A stretch of DNA of 64,000 nucleotides, from NCBI GenBank assembly GCA_040954595.2, contig CM082592.2, forward strand, positions 6,303,531 through 6,367,530, read 5' to 3'. The notes under the pieces are model-generated. The model saw only the letters and a program-made list of their open reading frames with translations. It had not been told where the DNA came from and did no database searches. The position numbers and the translations under genes were made by a program. This document shows, in pieces, positions 1 to 15,700 of the stretch (the stretch's first letter is position 1; each line of letters starts with the position of its first letter). Origin of the DNA: Balanoglossus misakiensis. Lineage: Eukaryota; Animalia; Hemichordata.

Positions 1-173
1 TCAAAGCTTAGATAACTACATCCGGGAACTCCGAATCGATTTATTTTCGAGCTGTATGTACGTATCCTGATCGACGTGGCTTTGTTTTGAGTGGGAATAA
101 CTCGCAGAGAAGTTTAGGGAGTTTGATTTAATAGAGAATCTGTTCATGTTTGAGTCAATGGAGCAGTGTTGAG
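1..173 (+). other. Possible 5'-UTR exon of SMIM14 (start not defined)
   Basis: Strong donor GAG|GTAAGA at 173/174 in a CpG-containing region. A matching polypyrimidine acceptor (ttctgatttcag) ends at 2232, upstream of the SMIM14 ATG. The link between them is inferred. Confidence 0.3.
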
Positions 174-2285
174 GTAAGATTACGTGTCCAAGAAGCTTAG
201 GGAGTGGACATTTTCTTGTGACTAGGCCCTGAATCGGGGAGAAATCCTTCGCCGTGCTTGGGTGTTGTATGGTATCATGTACATTGCATTGCGCTTTGCA
301 ACGCCCATCACCGGGTTTCGCGAGTTTGTATACGAAATGGTGGGGACAGTCACGTTATACGTTACCATCAAAACATTTCTTGTGACAGATCTCGCCAAAG
401 ACGCACCCGTTATGTTTACTTTCGGTCTGTTTATACAGTTTATATGTTGGTTCAATTTCAAGCCACTTGCAACTGATCAATGGCATGCGCTGTGACACAC
501 ATTTGCCAACCACATATTTTGGAACGCACAAAGCGAGCAAAGAAGTAATCCTCTGATCACGACACTGAAGAGTGAAGACCACGTAGAGTTTTACCACACT
601 GAGAATTTCCAATCAGCTAATCAAGTACTGAACATTCGATCAACACATCTGGTGCACAGGCTAACATCCCAGTTTAGACTCATGTCAACAGTTGGGTTGG
701 GTTTATGTTGTGTAGGTAGGGTAGGCAGTAGCCTGGTATCCAGACCGCAGTGTGTTTTAGATTCACACACAGGGTCTGGAAACAGCCTCAGTCTACTCTC
801 GTCGTTTTTGACAATCTGCATGGCAATAGAAGTCAAAATGCGATGCCTCAGCAACGAGGTCACCACATGATCTTGACTCTGACGTTCAAGTCAATCACCT
901 TACGCGACACACTACTGATAGGCCGGAGCAATGACCCAGGCTCAATATATAATAGTTGGAAAATAATAAGCATTTGTTAGCAACATCGGTTCCATGGTAA
1001 CGGCCAATAGACAACACTATTATCTTCCAAAAATATAATGTATCTTCATATCAGCAGAGAATCAAAGGTGTCATTTGTTAGAGTATGACGTTTACGTACA
1101 GCTCATAAATAGGAAGTTTGATAGTCTAAACATATACTGGTATATTGATATGATATATGAATATATTATTTGATTATGATGGATGTATCATATGCATGCC
1201 GCCGGCTGGAGATGACATATTTTTGGTTACTCCTGGCCACTAGAGGGCAGGCACGCATCCTGTTCAGAAGTGCTGAGTTGGCCGTAGATAATTGGCTCCA
1301 GTTGGCAACACTAGTTGCATCAAACAGTATACTGCATAGCACTCTAGTACTTTGGACCCTAGATGTCATTTTGGGTATTTTCCAGTGGGCCGGAATTCAG
1401 TTTCTAACAAAAAAATTCCTATTATTCACATTGGTAATGTACCGTGTTTAATTATTCCTCGTTTTTTGTTATTTTTGTGGTCGTTTTTCCAGTGTTATAA
1501 TATTCATATTTTTTTGCTGGGTATGATCTTTGGCATAAATTTCCATGGCCATATGTTTATAAACATTGGGTATTGCATCATGACCATCACATGTATGTGG
1601 GTTTCAAAGGGTAAATTTGTAAGTATCAAGTCGCTTATTGACTGTTTTTTTGTCTTCAGAGAAAATTATTTATGATGTGATACGCTATGACATTTATATG
1701 TGATACATAAATTATAAGGATTATTTTCAATTTTAATTTAATTATGCTGTAATTTGCATTTATTTAGTTGTAATTAATTTAAAAATAGAATATTGGAATT
1801 TTTAAAATATGATAGCCTGTGAAATTGTTTATAGCTGTGGTAATTTTACTTAAAAAAGAGGAATGTTTTTGGTCAATTCTGCATAACAATACATGTACTG
1901 CTACTGCCTACGTTCAAAAATAGTAAAATGTATTTCCAATAAAAACACTCATTTGTAACAATTCAATTTTTACAAATGAGTGTTAAACCAATAATGAATT
2001 GTATGTATAGTGTTATAGGTATGGTCTACTTTATGCATCATTTAGCATATCTTCAGAACCATGAATTATTAAACAGGACACTTTGTAATATTTTTTTTGT
2101 AAAATTCATTGGTAATTTATTAATTGATTGTCACTTGCCATGGAATATTAATAAGCTGTGATGCAGGGATGTAGCAACATTCTCTCCTCTTCAGATCGAC
2201 GTTTTGTAACTGTGTTTCCCTTCTGATTTCAGGTTTTTGCCAATACTTTTTTTTTCATCCGGTAAGTAAGAAATCCAAGAGGTGA

Positions 2286-3196
<911 letters not shown>

Positions 3197-4728
3197 AAGA
3201 CTTCAGACAGATTCCTATACCCAGATTGGAACTGCCACTAATATGACGGACATGTACAGAATCTGCTTGCTTTCTCATCTGACCCCTGACCCCCTTCAGG
3301 ACTCGGGGGTCAGGTGACCTGCCCCTCAGTGTTCCACACTGGCCAGTTATCATGATGATGATGATGGAAAGTTGTCTTGATTACTGTTGATCTTCGCATT
3401 TTATCATTTCACGCAAGCATTTTGGGGTATGCCAAATCATTGATTTATTTATGAACCATGTGATCAACACAGCTTTTCCCAAATCATTCCTCGTCGATTA
3501 GCGACGCATCACGTGATTGACATAGCGTTTCGTGGTAGATCATCAATACTGGTGATATGGTTGTTAATTTGCATAACCATAGAAGTAATTATCAATTAAG
3601 TTGTATTGTTTTGCCAAAATGAAAGAGTTGCTCTGGGGAGTAGTGTAAAGAAAGATCAAAGTGAGAATGACCGCCTGACGGAACACAGATTTGTATAAAA
3701 AATCAAAGCCAGTCACTAATATTTAAAACAATGCATGACATTTCTCTCCAAAAGTTATCTCATTAATAATGGAATATTACGATTTTCTGAAATAATCATA
3801 GATACATTTATAAGCAAAGTCAAGTTTAAGAAAAATCTGCATTGTAATTTTTTCAGTTTTGAAGGTATGATCTCATCTATAAAGAATGATATTAGTGAAT
3901 AAGTTGCATTATTGATAATGGTACTTTCTTGAAAAACCTAGAGACTGATGTATTAATATTGGGTGTGGGTAGATCACTTTGTATGTACAAAAACTTGTAT
4001 ACAGAAACCTGTATATAGCTTGATAGGGAAAAGTTATCAGTATAAAATTTGACTGTTTCTTTATATTGGTAGGTTTTAATATTTTCAACCTCCCCCATTT
4101 CCCATTTTGTCAGTCCAACAATGCCATGTAATCTAAATTGGACCACAGTATGCATACTAAGGGTCGATGTGTAAATCCACTGGAAAAGATATTAACTATA
4201 GTACTTATATTATTTGGTCAAGATTCCTCTGCCTTAATATTCCAACATGAATGTGCAATTCAGTATTGGTGTCAGAGAGCTTGTGTGAAGTCCAAGTTAC
4301 CCGTCGGAAGTCATGTGATTGCCTTGAAACAGTTGTCAGTTTGACATTATGCAAAAGCTACAAAGTAGAGAGTTTAAGTTTTGAGCAATACACTACACAT
4401 GTTAAAATTGTAAAGTTCAGTTTTCACCTTGCTACTACGCTTCACATTGTTGTTCTGGGGGATAAATCTGCACAGATACTACCACTGACTTTGAGCACCA
4501 GTTTATTTTACTATTGCACACCACAAGGAGAATTAAACCACACTAAAAGGACTTAAATTTTGGTTTATTTCAGAATTTTAGTTCTCCATGTATTTACGTC
4601 ATATAGAACTGTCATTTACTTATTTTTCACAAGGTTTCCTTTAATTTGTGTTTTAATGCATATTTGATTTGGCTTTTATTTTCTGTATTATAAACCAGAA
4701 ATGTTGATTTTTTCCTTCTGTTTATTGG

Positions 4729-4734
4729 AATAAA
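4729..4734 (+). terminator. Candidate polyadenylation signal for SMIM14
   Basis: AATAAA at the end of a ~1.5-kb U-rich stretch after the stop codon, followed by GT-rich sequence. Confidence 0.5.
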
Positions 4735-6722
4735 TGATTCAGGCTGAATTTGACGAGTGTGTTCCTTGTCAATCTGTTAGTTCATAAGTGCTGCGATGGC
4801 GCCATCTATGGTCGGTATGAAATATGATACTGGTACAACGTTTTCTGAAAAATCGAAATACTTCTTTTGAGTTGCCGAATTAAACAGGCTGTCCAAAGTA
4901 CCATCGAGTAGGGACATATGTGTATGGGGGGAAAAGCTTTTTACTAAACTCAGTGTTTATACTCTGAGATAAAAGTGAAATGAACTTGGAAGAAAGCCTT
5001 TAAAGTTTGGGGTTTATTTGCTCTTCAAGGGTAGAAAAGTCGCATGAGCTTACCAATAGATGAAAGAAAGGTCAACTATACTTTTTGTTCGTTTAAACAA
5101 ATCTGGATGCCGCTAAAATTATACAAAAAAATTAAAATACAGCAAGATCGAGAAAACTTCAGTTGCACATCAATGTTGCAGTCACTGAAGCAACACATAA
5201 GCTCATACCACAACTACGGAGGTTCCTGTTATTTTCGAACCGGACCCTGAATTTCGGTAGAAATTCGGCGGGGCTTACATGTATAGTAGCCAGGTGGAAC
5301 TTCAGTTCTATGGCTCGGGTGTTCCGATGCAATACTGGGTGGGATTAAGTCAGCAATGATCAGGATTAATGACACTTGACGGGTCACCAGAACAAAGGTC
5401 GGAAGTCCACTAGAGTCCTCCTCATCGGCAGAGGTGATATCCGAGTCACGGTCGCATGTTATCCAAGTGCACCCAGCAACGTTGATTGTGAATATCTTCG
5501 GTTTTGGCGAAAAAACCGAAGATCAATTAAGTTTACAAATAAATCTTGTATGATCGAATTATTATTCCTAGTGTACCGCATAATATACTTTAGTAAAAGT
5601 TATGTACAGTTATATGAAATCAACATTCAGAAAATCTTCGTTTCCAAACTAGTAGCTAGTAGCTTGTGACTAAATCAGATAAAGTAACTAAACTTTATCT
5701 GATTTTGCGGTAAAGTAGCTACCGGACCCCAAAGTAGAATTGGAAAACGAGGACTTTCTGCATTTAACTTAATATCAATTGAAAATACCATTGCATGTTG
5801 CGGCATTCGGGAGATATAAAGCATTCGAGTTTATAAAACATTTCTTGTAAAATCACGTTGATCTTCGAATCTGTTTTCTTAACAAAACAGTCTGTTGTAA
5901 GATTAGAAACTGCGTGGTTCGGCCGAAAGGTGTTTCCAAAGTGACCTTCGCGATCATTAACCCCTACCCGACATTTATATGATAGGGAGCAATTAACTTA
6001 ATGAAAAAAGCCGCGTATATCAAACTTGCCACATGGAAGCTGATTATATAGTTCTACTAGTAGGCCCTACGCGTATAAGAGTCATCTAGCCTATAGCTAG
6101 CTGATGTAATAACTCCGACAAATGTCACAAGATTTCTTGCACGTGAAAAAGGCCGAATAAATAAGTGATTGACCGTGACGCGAGTGATCTGATAAGTTTG
6201 GACTGGTGGCAATATTTCGTCAGCGTCTAGTTAAAATTTCGACCTGATCTATACGGTATACATAGCTGAAATTTCTCAAATAGTAACCTTTCTTGTAAGA
6301 CTTAACACGCAACTCAGCTTTGGATCTCAAAAAAAATCTATTGGCAACTCCGGTCACCGTCCAGGAGTTCGATGATTGTTATATGTTGGACGAAAGCAGA
6401 GAAAATTCGTGGCAATAAATCAATACGCTTGTGTCGCACTATGTGATACTTTCTAAATTATGACCCTTTTATGAAGTTTGGACATCGCAAATGCATTATA
6501 AGGGTAACTTATCGGGAAACTGGCCTTGAAATATGATTATGATGGACAAATGGGGGTGTGTTTGGCAGCGAGGCCATATATGGAGTTAACATTTCCATGT
6601 TTGGTGATATGTAAATTATTACTCCCTTATATGGACGACGAAGCTGCTTGCATCAGAGACGTCCTTTACACGTGCTGTTCGTATCCGAGGGGATTGTCGA
6701 CGTTGACGAAAGCATTAGTGCG

Positions 6723-9700
6723 ATGGCTGGTGACTTTGAGATGGAAAATACCAAATCGGAAGACAGATCCTTGAGTGAAACAAAATCAGACGAGCCTGGC
6801 ACACCCCCAGAACAGGTTGAACAAGCAGGAAGCTCGAACTCCGACGGTAAGTTAGATTTTAGCGGCATGTTTCGAGGGACGTACTTGCGGCGATCGGTCA
6901 CCGCGCAACACACAGCTGATTTGCCGGTGCGTTGCTCGTTAGTACGTCTGGCACATGCTACCGGTGAAATTTTGTGCGTCGAACTGCACTCGCAGTGCGA
7001 AATAGGCCGCAAACCAACCCTTGCAAAGCACGAGCTAGTCAGTACTCTTGTGCGATTGGTTCTCTGTGAAGAAAATTCCTCTTTCTGCTTGTACTGTGGA
7101 GGCAGACGAACCCACTTGGGCCGGTGCCAGCGGCCAGTGTACGCGTACAGCTCGACCGGCGCATATCGCATACGTAACTACCAGTTCACAAGCTCGGTCA
7201 CTTGATCGCTGGGCCTCACACGGGGAATTTACATACGCATTAGCTGCTTGTATAAGTCCGTAAAACGACGTTGTATAACAGGATCTAGGTATACATCGAT
7301 CGTGTTTTTGATGCGATTATACTGTCGCACCGGTAGTAAACATGTCCACCCTCAAAATTGCAACACCGGGGTTGAACATTTTTGCAATAGTTTACAGTAC
7401 ATGTACTGTAGTAAATTTTAATAGAACAAGTACATATTGTATGTCTAGGGACAGGTACGGGCTTCGTCGGTACACCTCCAGGATACGTCACAAACTGTAC
7501 TAGTGACAGGACAAGACTACACAAGGTCACCGAAAGCCACAACAGAAATAAGGTCATCGGATATGACCGCGTGTGACCTTGTCTGCAACCGGGGGGGGGG
7601 GGGGGAACCTCCTTATCCAGATGCTCTGCGCCCCACGAAACATCAACGGAAAAAAAATCGAAACCTGTGTTGTAAAAATGTAGTGGATATGAAATGTTTT
7701 CACACCGAAAAAGCTTGTCTGTGGTGACATTTATAACGATCTAACTGCCAACTTGGTTAGGTTATACGAGTGCACATGTAGTACATAAAAACCCACACTG
7801 TCCGTGTCATCGTGTACTACGTGACAGAAGCCGGCCACGTGCACTGGCACCAACGCCTACTATACTGACAATCAACATCCCACATCGATATCTATTTTAT
7901 GATGTCCACATATCACACACGATTCCTGATATCTATCGCAAAACAACACAGGTCATTACTTTGTTTGAGATCCAATTATATTAAAACGATAAGTCCATGG
8001 CAGGTCAACTTGACCTTCATAATATAGATCAGGACTGCTGTTCAGTTTTGGAGTTATGTACAGTAAAATTAGACCATCTGATGAGTGATGTCATAGTCAA
8101 GACCAGTGGATAAACTTTTTATTTTGTATGAAATCTGACTATAATTAGAACTTATTTATTGATGAGTTACACTGATTTTTTTAATAGTACAACGCTGGTT
8201 TAGATTTGACCGAACTGAAACATGAACGTCACGGGTCATTTGGCTCTGGTGTCAAGTTCTGGAAAGACACGTCCTTCGTTACATCTTTTCACATGGTAAG
8301 CACTTGGAAAAGAGAGACGGTTTGCCCCTAATAAAACTGGCAGCCATTACAGTTGATCAATGCAACACGTCAGCCAGTGGAACAATAGAGGCCGGGTTAA
8401 GTTCTGAACATGTGACAACCACACATTTAAGTGCCGGTATAATCTCCGCTTTACATAAATGTAAATGTAACGATATGCGAACATCAAACATTCGGCAGAG
8501 CACGTGCCCAGTTCAATGAACAGTGTATGTTTACAGCTAGTAATCCAGTAAAAAAAAACTGACAACCGTGAAAATTTTTATAATTGGTATAATCATCATT
8601 GTCATCATCACAGGCACCCGACTCAATTAACGTGCGTCGTCAGCCCAAGTTTCAGGTTGCATCACCAGACACTAATACTTGTACTGGTTCAGTTGATTTT
8701 TAGCACCTGGGTCAGTGGGATTATCATTATCATTATGTGAACTATACTCAGCTGCATACCAAAAATTTGAACTTATTCCACCGCGCTTCATGGAACTTAA
8801 AATCATGTATCCGACTAATCCAAATGCCAAAGTTTACAGTTATATGTTGTCATCTTGGGAATTTTATCTCTGAGCTTTTATTTTTAGACTGTGTGATAGC
8901 ATTCCATTCCTTGGCAGGAAAGTGCAAGCGTGCAAGCTGATACTGATTGTATTTGTTCCTTTCGCATTATCGATATTCTTTGAAACCATCACAGCCTTTG
9001 TAGGACAGAAGAGTAGGAGCAAAGTAACTGATCTAGAATTAAAATGGGACGAACACACTTTTCTGTAGACACAGAGCAACGCAGAAGCCACGCTAAGATA
9101 CACCACAAACAAAAAAGAACATTCCCATGGCTGATGCCTTTTATGAGAAATAAATATTGATGCAGTGCACACAGCTTTGCATGTACCAGTGATATTCCTG
9201 GTATCAACCCTTATTTTTAAAAATAACCCCTTACAATGACCAATGATAATGAGGAAATCTGCTACTTAGTTCTGCATAGCAACACTTTCGCTTTCTGCTG
9301 TTTCACTGATAGACATCCAGTATATTTTCTGGTACATTGCCATATGGGTTTATTTGTTTTCACTGATATTTTTAAATAGCCTGTGGCTTACTGAACATTA
9401 TTTTGTAAAAAAAAAATACAGCATAACTGTTTTTCGTAAATAGGCTTGAGAAATGCAAGTTTGGATGTTTTGGCTTGGCTGAAAATATTGGTCATTAAAA
9501 CGAGACTGCCTCTGATAAATTAGAAGCCAGCTTGCACGGTCACATGTACGTTTTTTTTAATATCAATTTCACTGGTTGTCAGAGTCTGGTTACTGAGCAT
9601 GTCATGTGATCATACCAGCAAATGTCAAGGCAAACCACACAAAGTGATAATCTTCTATTACACAGTAAAAGGGTCTATAGCTCCTCTACCACGATCCTTT

Positions 9701-12700
9701 CAGCGATAAACTATTCTGCAAATTTGTGGCTGCTTTTATTAAAGCATAAGGATTGTGAGGCCATATCATATTGGAAAATGTCATTCTGATCTGAGCTGCT
9801 GGGTACTGACTGTGGCTACCTGAACTAGAATTTGCTACCGTGCTATTAAATTTCGGTCATCTGTCGGGACTTGTCTGTGGCACACTGGGCTCCATCTCTG
9901 ATTTCACAGTCCGATAGTTGGAAATTTAAATCGTTTGACTCCACTTTTGACTTTTCGTGTGCAGGAGGTCGGGTCTTTCGCTTTCATTGATTCAATGCCT
10001 GCAGAGGATTCTATTGTAACAAATTTGGAGAAATATGATTTCATTTCTGACCATGACACTTTATTAATTCTAGACCATGGCTCCCAGTGAAAAGAAACAT
10101 CTGCCATCCCAGAGGTCACAACCTCATATTCCCTGAAAATGATGTATAGAATTAAACACCAGTTTTACCGTTGCCCCACAGATTACAATTGTTCCGAAAC
10201 AGAAATGCATTGCTGTCACTACAGGCAACAGATGGTGTCGGGATTCATGGCCCCTCCATTCTTTGGGCAAATCACTGAAATGTCAAATAACAAGGGTTGT
10301 TAGGCATCAGCAGAGGCAATCCAATACTAGAAAGAGAGGTTAGCAGTTAACCTTTGACCTCATGTAAATCAAATTGGGTCCTCCCTCATTATTGGCCATA
10401 CACTACATACATGTGCCAGCCCATTAATGCAGGTCCACTGCATTCACGCTGTCTCGGAATGTCCAGCTCGGAGAAAATCTGAGCTGGTAGTAAATTCCGG
10501 CGCTGCATTTAACAAGTTTCTTTCGGAATGAAATCACGGGAGGCATTGTGTAGGATTGGAAGGGTTTTCACTTAATGAAATTTCTTTCAATTGTGTAAAT
10601 CAAGGTCTTTACAAGTTCATATCAGATCTGCTCTTATTTCGGCATTATTGTCTATATTCTGCCACAGCAGTTTAATCTATTTACAGTATTTTTGACAATA
10701 TTAACCTCAAAATTTTGTCTTCTGTTTAAACTTTAATGTTCAGATTTAATATCTAGGAGTATTCCCAGCACGGGTTAGCCTAAAAGATTAGACAGCCCTA
10801 GATTAAGATTAAAATCACCAAACTGTGATTAGATACCAGTAGGGCTTTAATCTTAAACCATTTCCAGACAGTATGGTACATAACCGTACAAATTGTTCTG
10901 TGAGAGCAGGATGTTGTCAAGATACCATTTGCAAAAAAACAATTCTTGTTATTCAGTCTACTAATTTCTGTATTTGTGGTTGAATAACTGTTATGGTTCC
11001 CCCAACATGCAAAAATTACCCATTGCAATGGAAAGACTGCATATTATGTTATCCGAGTTGGCCGAGCTCCAACTTGTCTAGGCCAGTGTGATACACATCG
11101 CATTGAACTTTTGACCTCATCCAGGTACAAAGAAATTGTATTATTTGAGCAAAATGCAAGGAATAACACGGTATTAAAAAGTTTTTTTCTTTTTTGCAGA
11201 GGGTGCTGTTCCTTTGTATTGCAACTAGTAAGACTTAATTTCATGGCTTGTTGAATTCTCGTGTGTGGCTGTAGGGGAGGGGGGGGGGGGTCATGTCTGT
11301 ACTGGTACAAAAGCCAACAATTGGTTTTAAAATGCCATTCCACCCACATTACAATATACCATTGTGGAGATTCCATTGTTGTTCAAGTTACCGACGCACA
11401 ACAAAGGCAAGCGGGTCACAATTAGCTCAAGGTATGGGGGTACCACACTGCTTGCTGGTGACCCCTCTCCCGACATCATTAGAAACTAAAGTTTATTCTA
11501 CAAATGACCGCCCTCCCCATTTACTAGCTTACACACCCCACGGCAGTAATTAACCATTTTCCCGAAATAAACATGAAATGTGAAGAATCTTTTTCTGTAG
11601 ACACACCTGGACATCAACCACGGTCTGCTTGTATTGTGGTTACCTGGATATCGATTGGCCATCCATTTCACCAGAGTAGGTTTGCAATCCATCAATCAAT
11701 CAATAAAACAATCAATCAATATACTATAAGGGGTCATACAGGAAGCACTCAAATCCAAAACAAATGCTTTGCTTTTCTGATACCAGCCACAATGTATATT
11801 TCAGTCGTTGGTCTCCAGAACAGGATTTCAAATTTTACTGAAGTGACTACATGTACATGTACCTTAGTCTAATCAAAAACTGTTGCAATAAACGAAGAGA
11901 TAAAGATAGTACATTCTGAGTGGAGTCGAATTCTCACCTGGCAACTGTTGATTGTAAATCAGATTTTACTACCAGTTGTCCCTCTTATGACGCAAAGTTT
12001 GTAACAAACGTTATCCCTAATCCCCTCCATCCCCCTCCACTTCTCTGTGACATAACCGTCTTCCTTCTACCGGTAGTGTTCACAGTTTGAGGAATTAATG
12101 CAGGTTCTAGCTGTCATAATTTCAAGGTTTCTATGAGGACCTGAAAGTGGAAGATGTCTTACTGTGTATTTTTCTGTTTGTCCTTTAAAATTGAAGGAAA
12201 TCAGGGCTTGGGAAAGGAATCGACAGGAAACTTGAAATCGTTTTGCATCTTTCAGAACACTGGCATCACATCCTCCTTTTGTGTGCTCATTGAAATCACA
12301 CAGTTAAAGACTTGATTAATCCATAGCAGTTTGTTTTCTTAAAACAGTGGATTAAACACCCCCTCCCCTTCCCCCAGTGTGTAAGACTTCACAACAAAAG
12401 GAAGAGTGTTCATCTTTGACAGGTTACAACACGTAAAGCAACCCTGAAGAGTCTCAAGGGGAACATCTCCACTCACTTTCACTGGTGCGAACAGGTGTAT
12501 ACAAGTCGCAGTAGTTCAGTAGTTACGTTCACACACCACTTGGTTCAACTGGTGATAATTAATGTCCCATCAAGTTTGTACATGCATGTCGCCTCTTTTA
12601 TTTTGAACCCATCATTATCTCTGCCTTCAATATTCAAATTGACAACCCCATTAAAAATATTCCCTCATTTGTTTAGCTCAACCATTCAATAGAGCTACCA

Positions 12701-15700
12701 GATAATTGTTTATTGGTCCTGCGTTTTGCCATCCATTGTTACCCGATTCAGAAGACAATCAGCATCCGGTCCATAACACATGAAATCTGAAAATACTACC
12801 AAAATGGAGATTTGAGGGGACCTATAGTTTTATATAGGTTATGAGGTTAACAGTGTGTTTGTTCTACCGATTTAATCGCATCACTGCTTTGCAGTTGTGC
12901 CAGGGAACCTGACCTATATAATCCGGTTAGGTACTGAGGTAGTAACTGAATAAAAAGTCATTACAAGTTGCTGAATGGCTAAAAGATGCCTGTTAAAATT
13001 TAAATTGGCCAATCAGAATACCATGTCTTTATTGATCTAGCATGTACTTGTTAGATGATGCGACACTGTATATTTCAAAAAATATTCCAATAAACAAGTT
13101 TAATATCACTGCTGCTGACTTTCCGACCTTCGATACACTTCCATTAATTTTATACGAGTCCTCCTCACATTCAACCACAACGCTTTATAGTTCTTGTGGA
13201 ATTCAGAAAACTCCTGCGGTAGTTCTGTTGGCGCAGTAGGAAATACTTGACCGGCCCAGAGCGGTAGTAAAAGAGCGCAGAGTTGAATCTGCGGTAAAAG
13301 CACGGTGAATGACCCATGACCTGATTGACCTGGTGTAAATGAAACGTCTGGCTGCCGTGTACATCTGCGCTGCTTTAGACGCGGGTAGACTTAAAAAGCT
13401 CTTTCCCCTCAAGTAGGATTATGCATTTACTTCAATAGCTTTCTTGTATCAGCCAGACCGAAATGGTTATTATTATTGTATATTAAAAGTGGATGTATTA
13501 ATCTGGTGTTTTATCAAACAAAAGTAATTCATAGGTAATGTCCAGTTTCGTATCAAAAGCATGTTAAATGGTGGAGAATTCACAGAGGTTACATCTCATG
13601 GTGTCGTCATAATTCGGCTCACTGGGGAAAGCTTTGCAGACAGCTTGGGTCATTGGGGTAGTCTTCACAGAATGTGAAATTAGCAAGTTTGAAATAGATC
13701 GGTCGAAATGTTTGAAGCGCTGCATTACTTCCCCGGGTAACAATTGTGCCAAAAATAATGTGTCTGAAATATCCAAAACAAAGCGAGGGAGGGGGGGGGG
13801 GGGGTACCCTGCTGAGAAGCCTTGATCATTGATGGTGTTATTTAAGATTTGTGCGTAACATGGAAATGCCGAACGTTGAGTCAGGAATTTCTTGTACTTT
13901 GAACTCCTTCCAAGAAAAGCAATCTTATTTTAAAATTGCACAAAAATGGCATAATCTCTTAAGTTGTGTATTTGTTACTATGTCAACACTATATGTATGT
14001 GCTTTGTCTCATAGCCATTGGAAACCACCCTGTCAGAATTAATTGCATTTTTTCAGCAAGAGGCATTCTCCAATGAGGTGAATGACAGTGCCAGCCTGAT
14101 CAAATTGCTTTCATTGATTTACTTCAAATTAAAGAAGTCACTACATATAGTTTTGAGCAGGATCACAATGCGTCAAATATGGATTAACCTGGCAGTGAAA
14201 TTCACAATTAAATGATATTGCACAGAAATTCACCCAGAGCATAGTAATTTGTCGTCATGCGCTGAATTTGAATCTTGCCTCAGTCTTTGTTACTGTAACC
14301 GAAACTGACACTGTCTACACAAGCTCATTATGTTGGGGTGAACAACCGGCTTGAACTCTCAATAAACGACTTGAATGCACGTAACCTTGCCGACTGAAAT
14401 GTACATAACCTTGCTGGATTCATTGTGTATACACGACCAAAGCATGCATGTCAGCATTGTGTCTGTAACAGATACCTGTTTAGTGTTAGGTAATGAACCC
14501 ACCACAGTCTGTCTGTCCCTCTAACAAAACAATATAATCTAGTTTGTGCAGGAAGTATAACTGATTTTGGCGCCGTGAATGGGATGTGCCACATGTACAT
14601 TACAGCAAATAGTATACATGTACTCGCTATGACACGAAAGAATAATAACAGTCGATAGACAGACTAATAACCTAGAGACAGGGCTTAACATTTACATTTG
14701 CAATAAATGTACTGTGCATAGAATATTCTTTCAGGTGAACACAGCCAGCCAGCCGACTAGCAAATTTACTGAGAGAAATAATTCCACTACATATTTACCA
14801 ACGTAATTATAACAGAATTGTGGAATGCAACCGTAATTCAATTTGTGGGATTGAAATTCTACTGGGTGTTGCAGCCATAATCACCGTTTGTGCTGTGGTA
14901 TAACAAAAATTAACTCCGCCATGTGCGAGATCAAACAAATGTAATGTAAAGAGTCGAGGAAACTTCATGCTGAGAGAGTTATCGTCACTGACTGAAATAT
15001 TTCAGATGCACTGTAATTGTCTGTTATAATCATATATAATAATTTGTGTATAATTATGTGATTGCGAGAAATTCTCGTAGTTATATAAAACCCGTTGAAT
15101 TTCATTGTGTCGGCGACAATACGCCCCCACAGCTTCCTGCTGGGAACTCAAATACTGTATCAGGGATGAGTGAATTTTCAGATCAGCTATCCCCTTGGCT
15201 AGTACCCCACAAGTTTACCAGGGCATTGGCGTACAGCAGAAAACCAGGCCAGACAGACTAGGCAACTAGGAGCGGTTAGAGTCGATCTACAGTATTGCTT
15301 TTGTAGTCGTATCATGTGACGTTTAACGCGCACAATATATCGTGAAATCGTCTAGTCACATGACAAATTCCATTTCCTGAGAACATGTATTGGGAATAGT
15401 AAGATTTACAATGGCTCAACATACTCAAATGCCAGACATTGTACTCTAGACTAAAGTAAGCTCTTGAAAAAGATAGTATAGAGTGACGTTTAAAAATGTC
15501 AAAACTATTACGATGACAATTGCAATTTTCAATTTCTCGGAGAAGCATACCAATTATTTTTCAATTCAGTCCATTACACAGTTTGTGGAAAGAGATGAAA
15601 TTTAGGTTTTTCAAAGCTCTGATCTTTGAATGATTAAATAACATTCCGAATCCCATGTGCTACTGTATTGACAGGCATTTACTCTTGTGACCTTTGACCC

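Larger units (their letters stand above)
5900..7650 (+). promoter_or_regulatory. CpG-rich promoter and first-exon region of CLUH
   Basis: CpG density is visibly higher than in the flanking AT-rich DNA. The region surrounds the first coding exon (6723-6846). Boundaries are approximate. Confidence 0.5.

Noticed and set aside
226-870. Plus frame open for ~215 codons except for a single TGA at 493-495 (selenocysteine or readthrough idea)
   Set aside because: No recognisable protein, no ATG context and no SECIS seen. A few such runs are expected by chance across six frames of 64 kb, and it likely lies in the SMIM14 first intron.
6648-7205. Overlapping 185-aa (+) and 172-aa (-) ORFs
   Set aside because: The plus ORF is CLUH exon 1 reading through its donor at 6847. 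Both are explained by stop-codon scarcity in a GC-rich promoter region.
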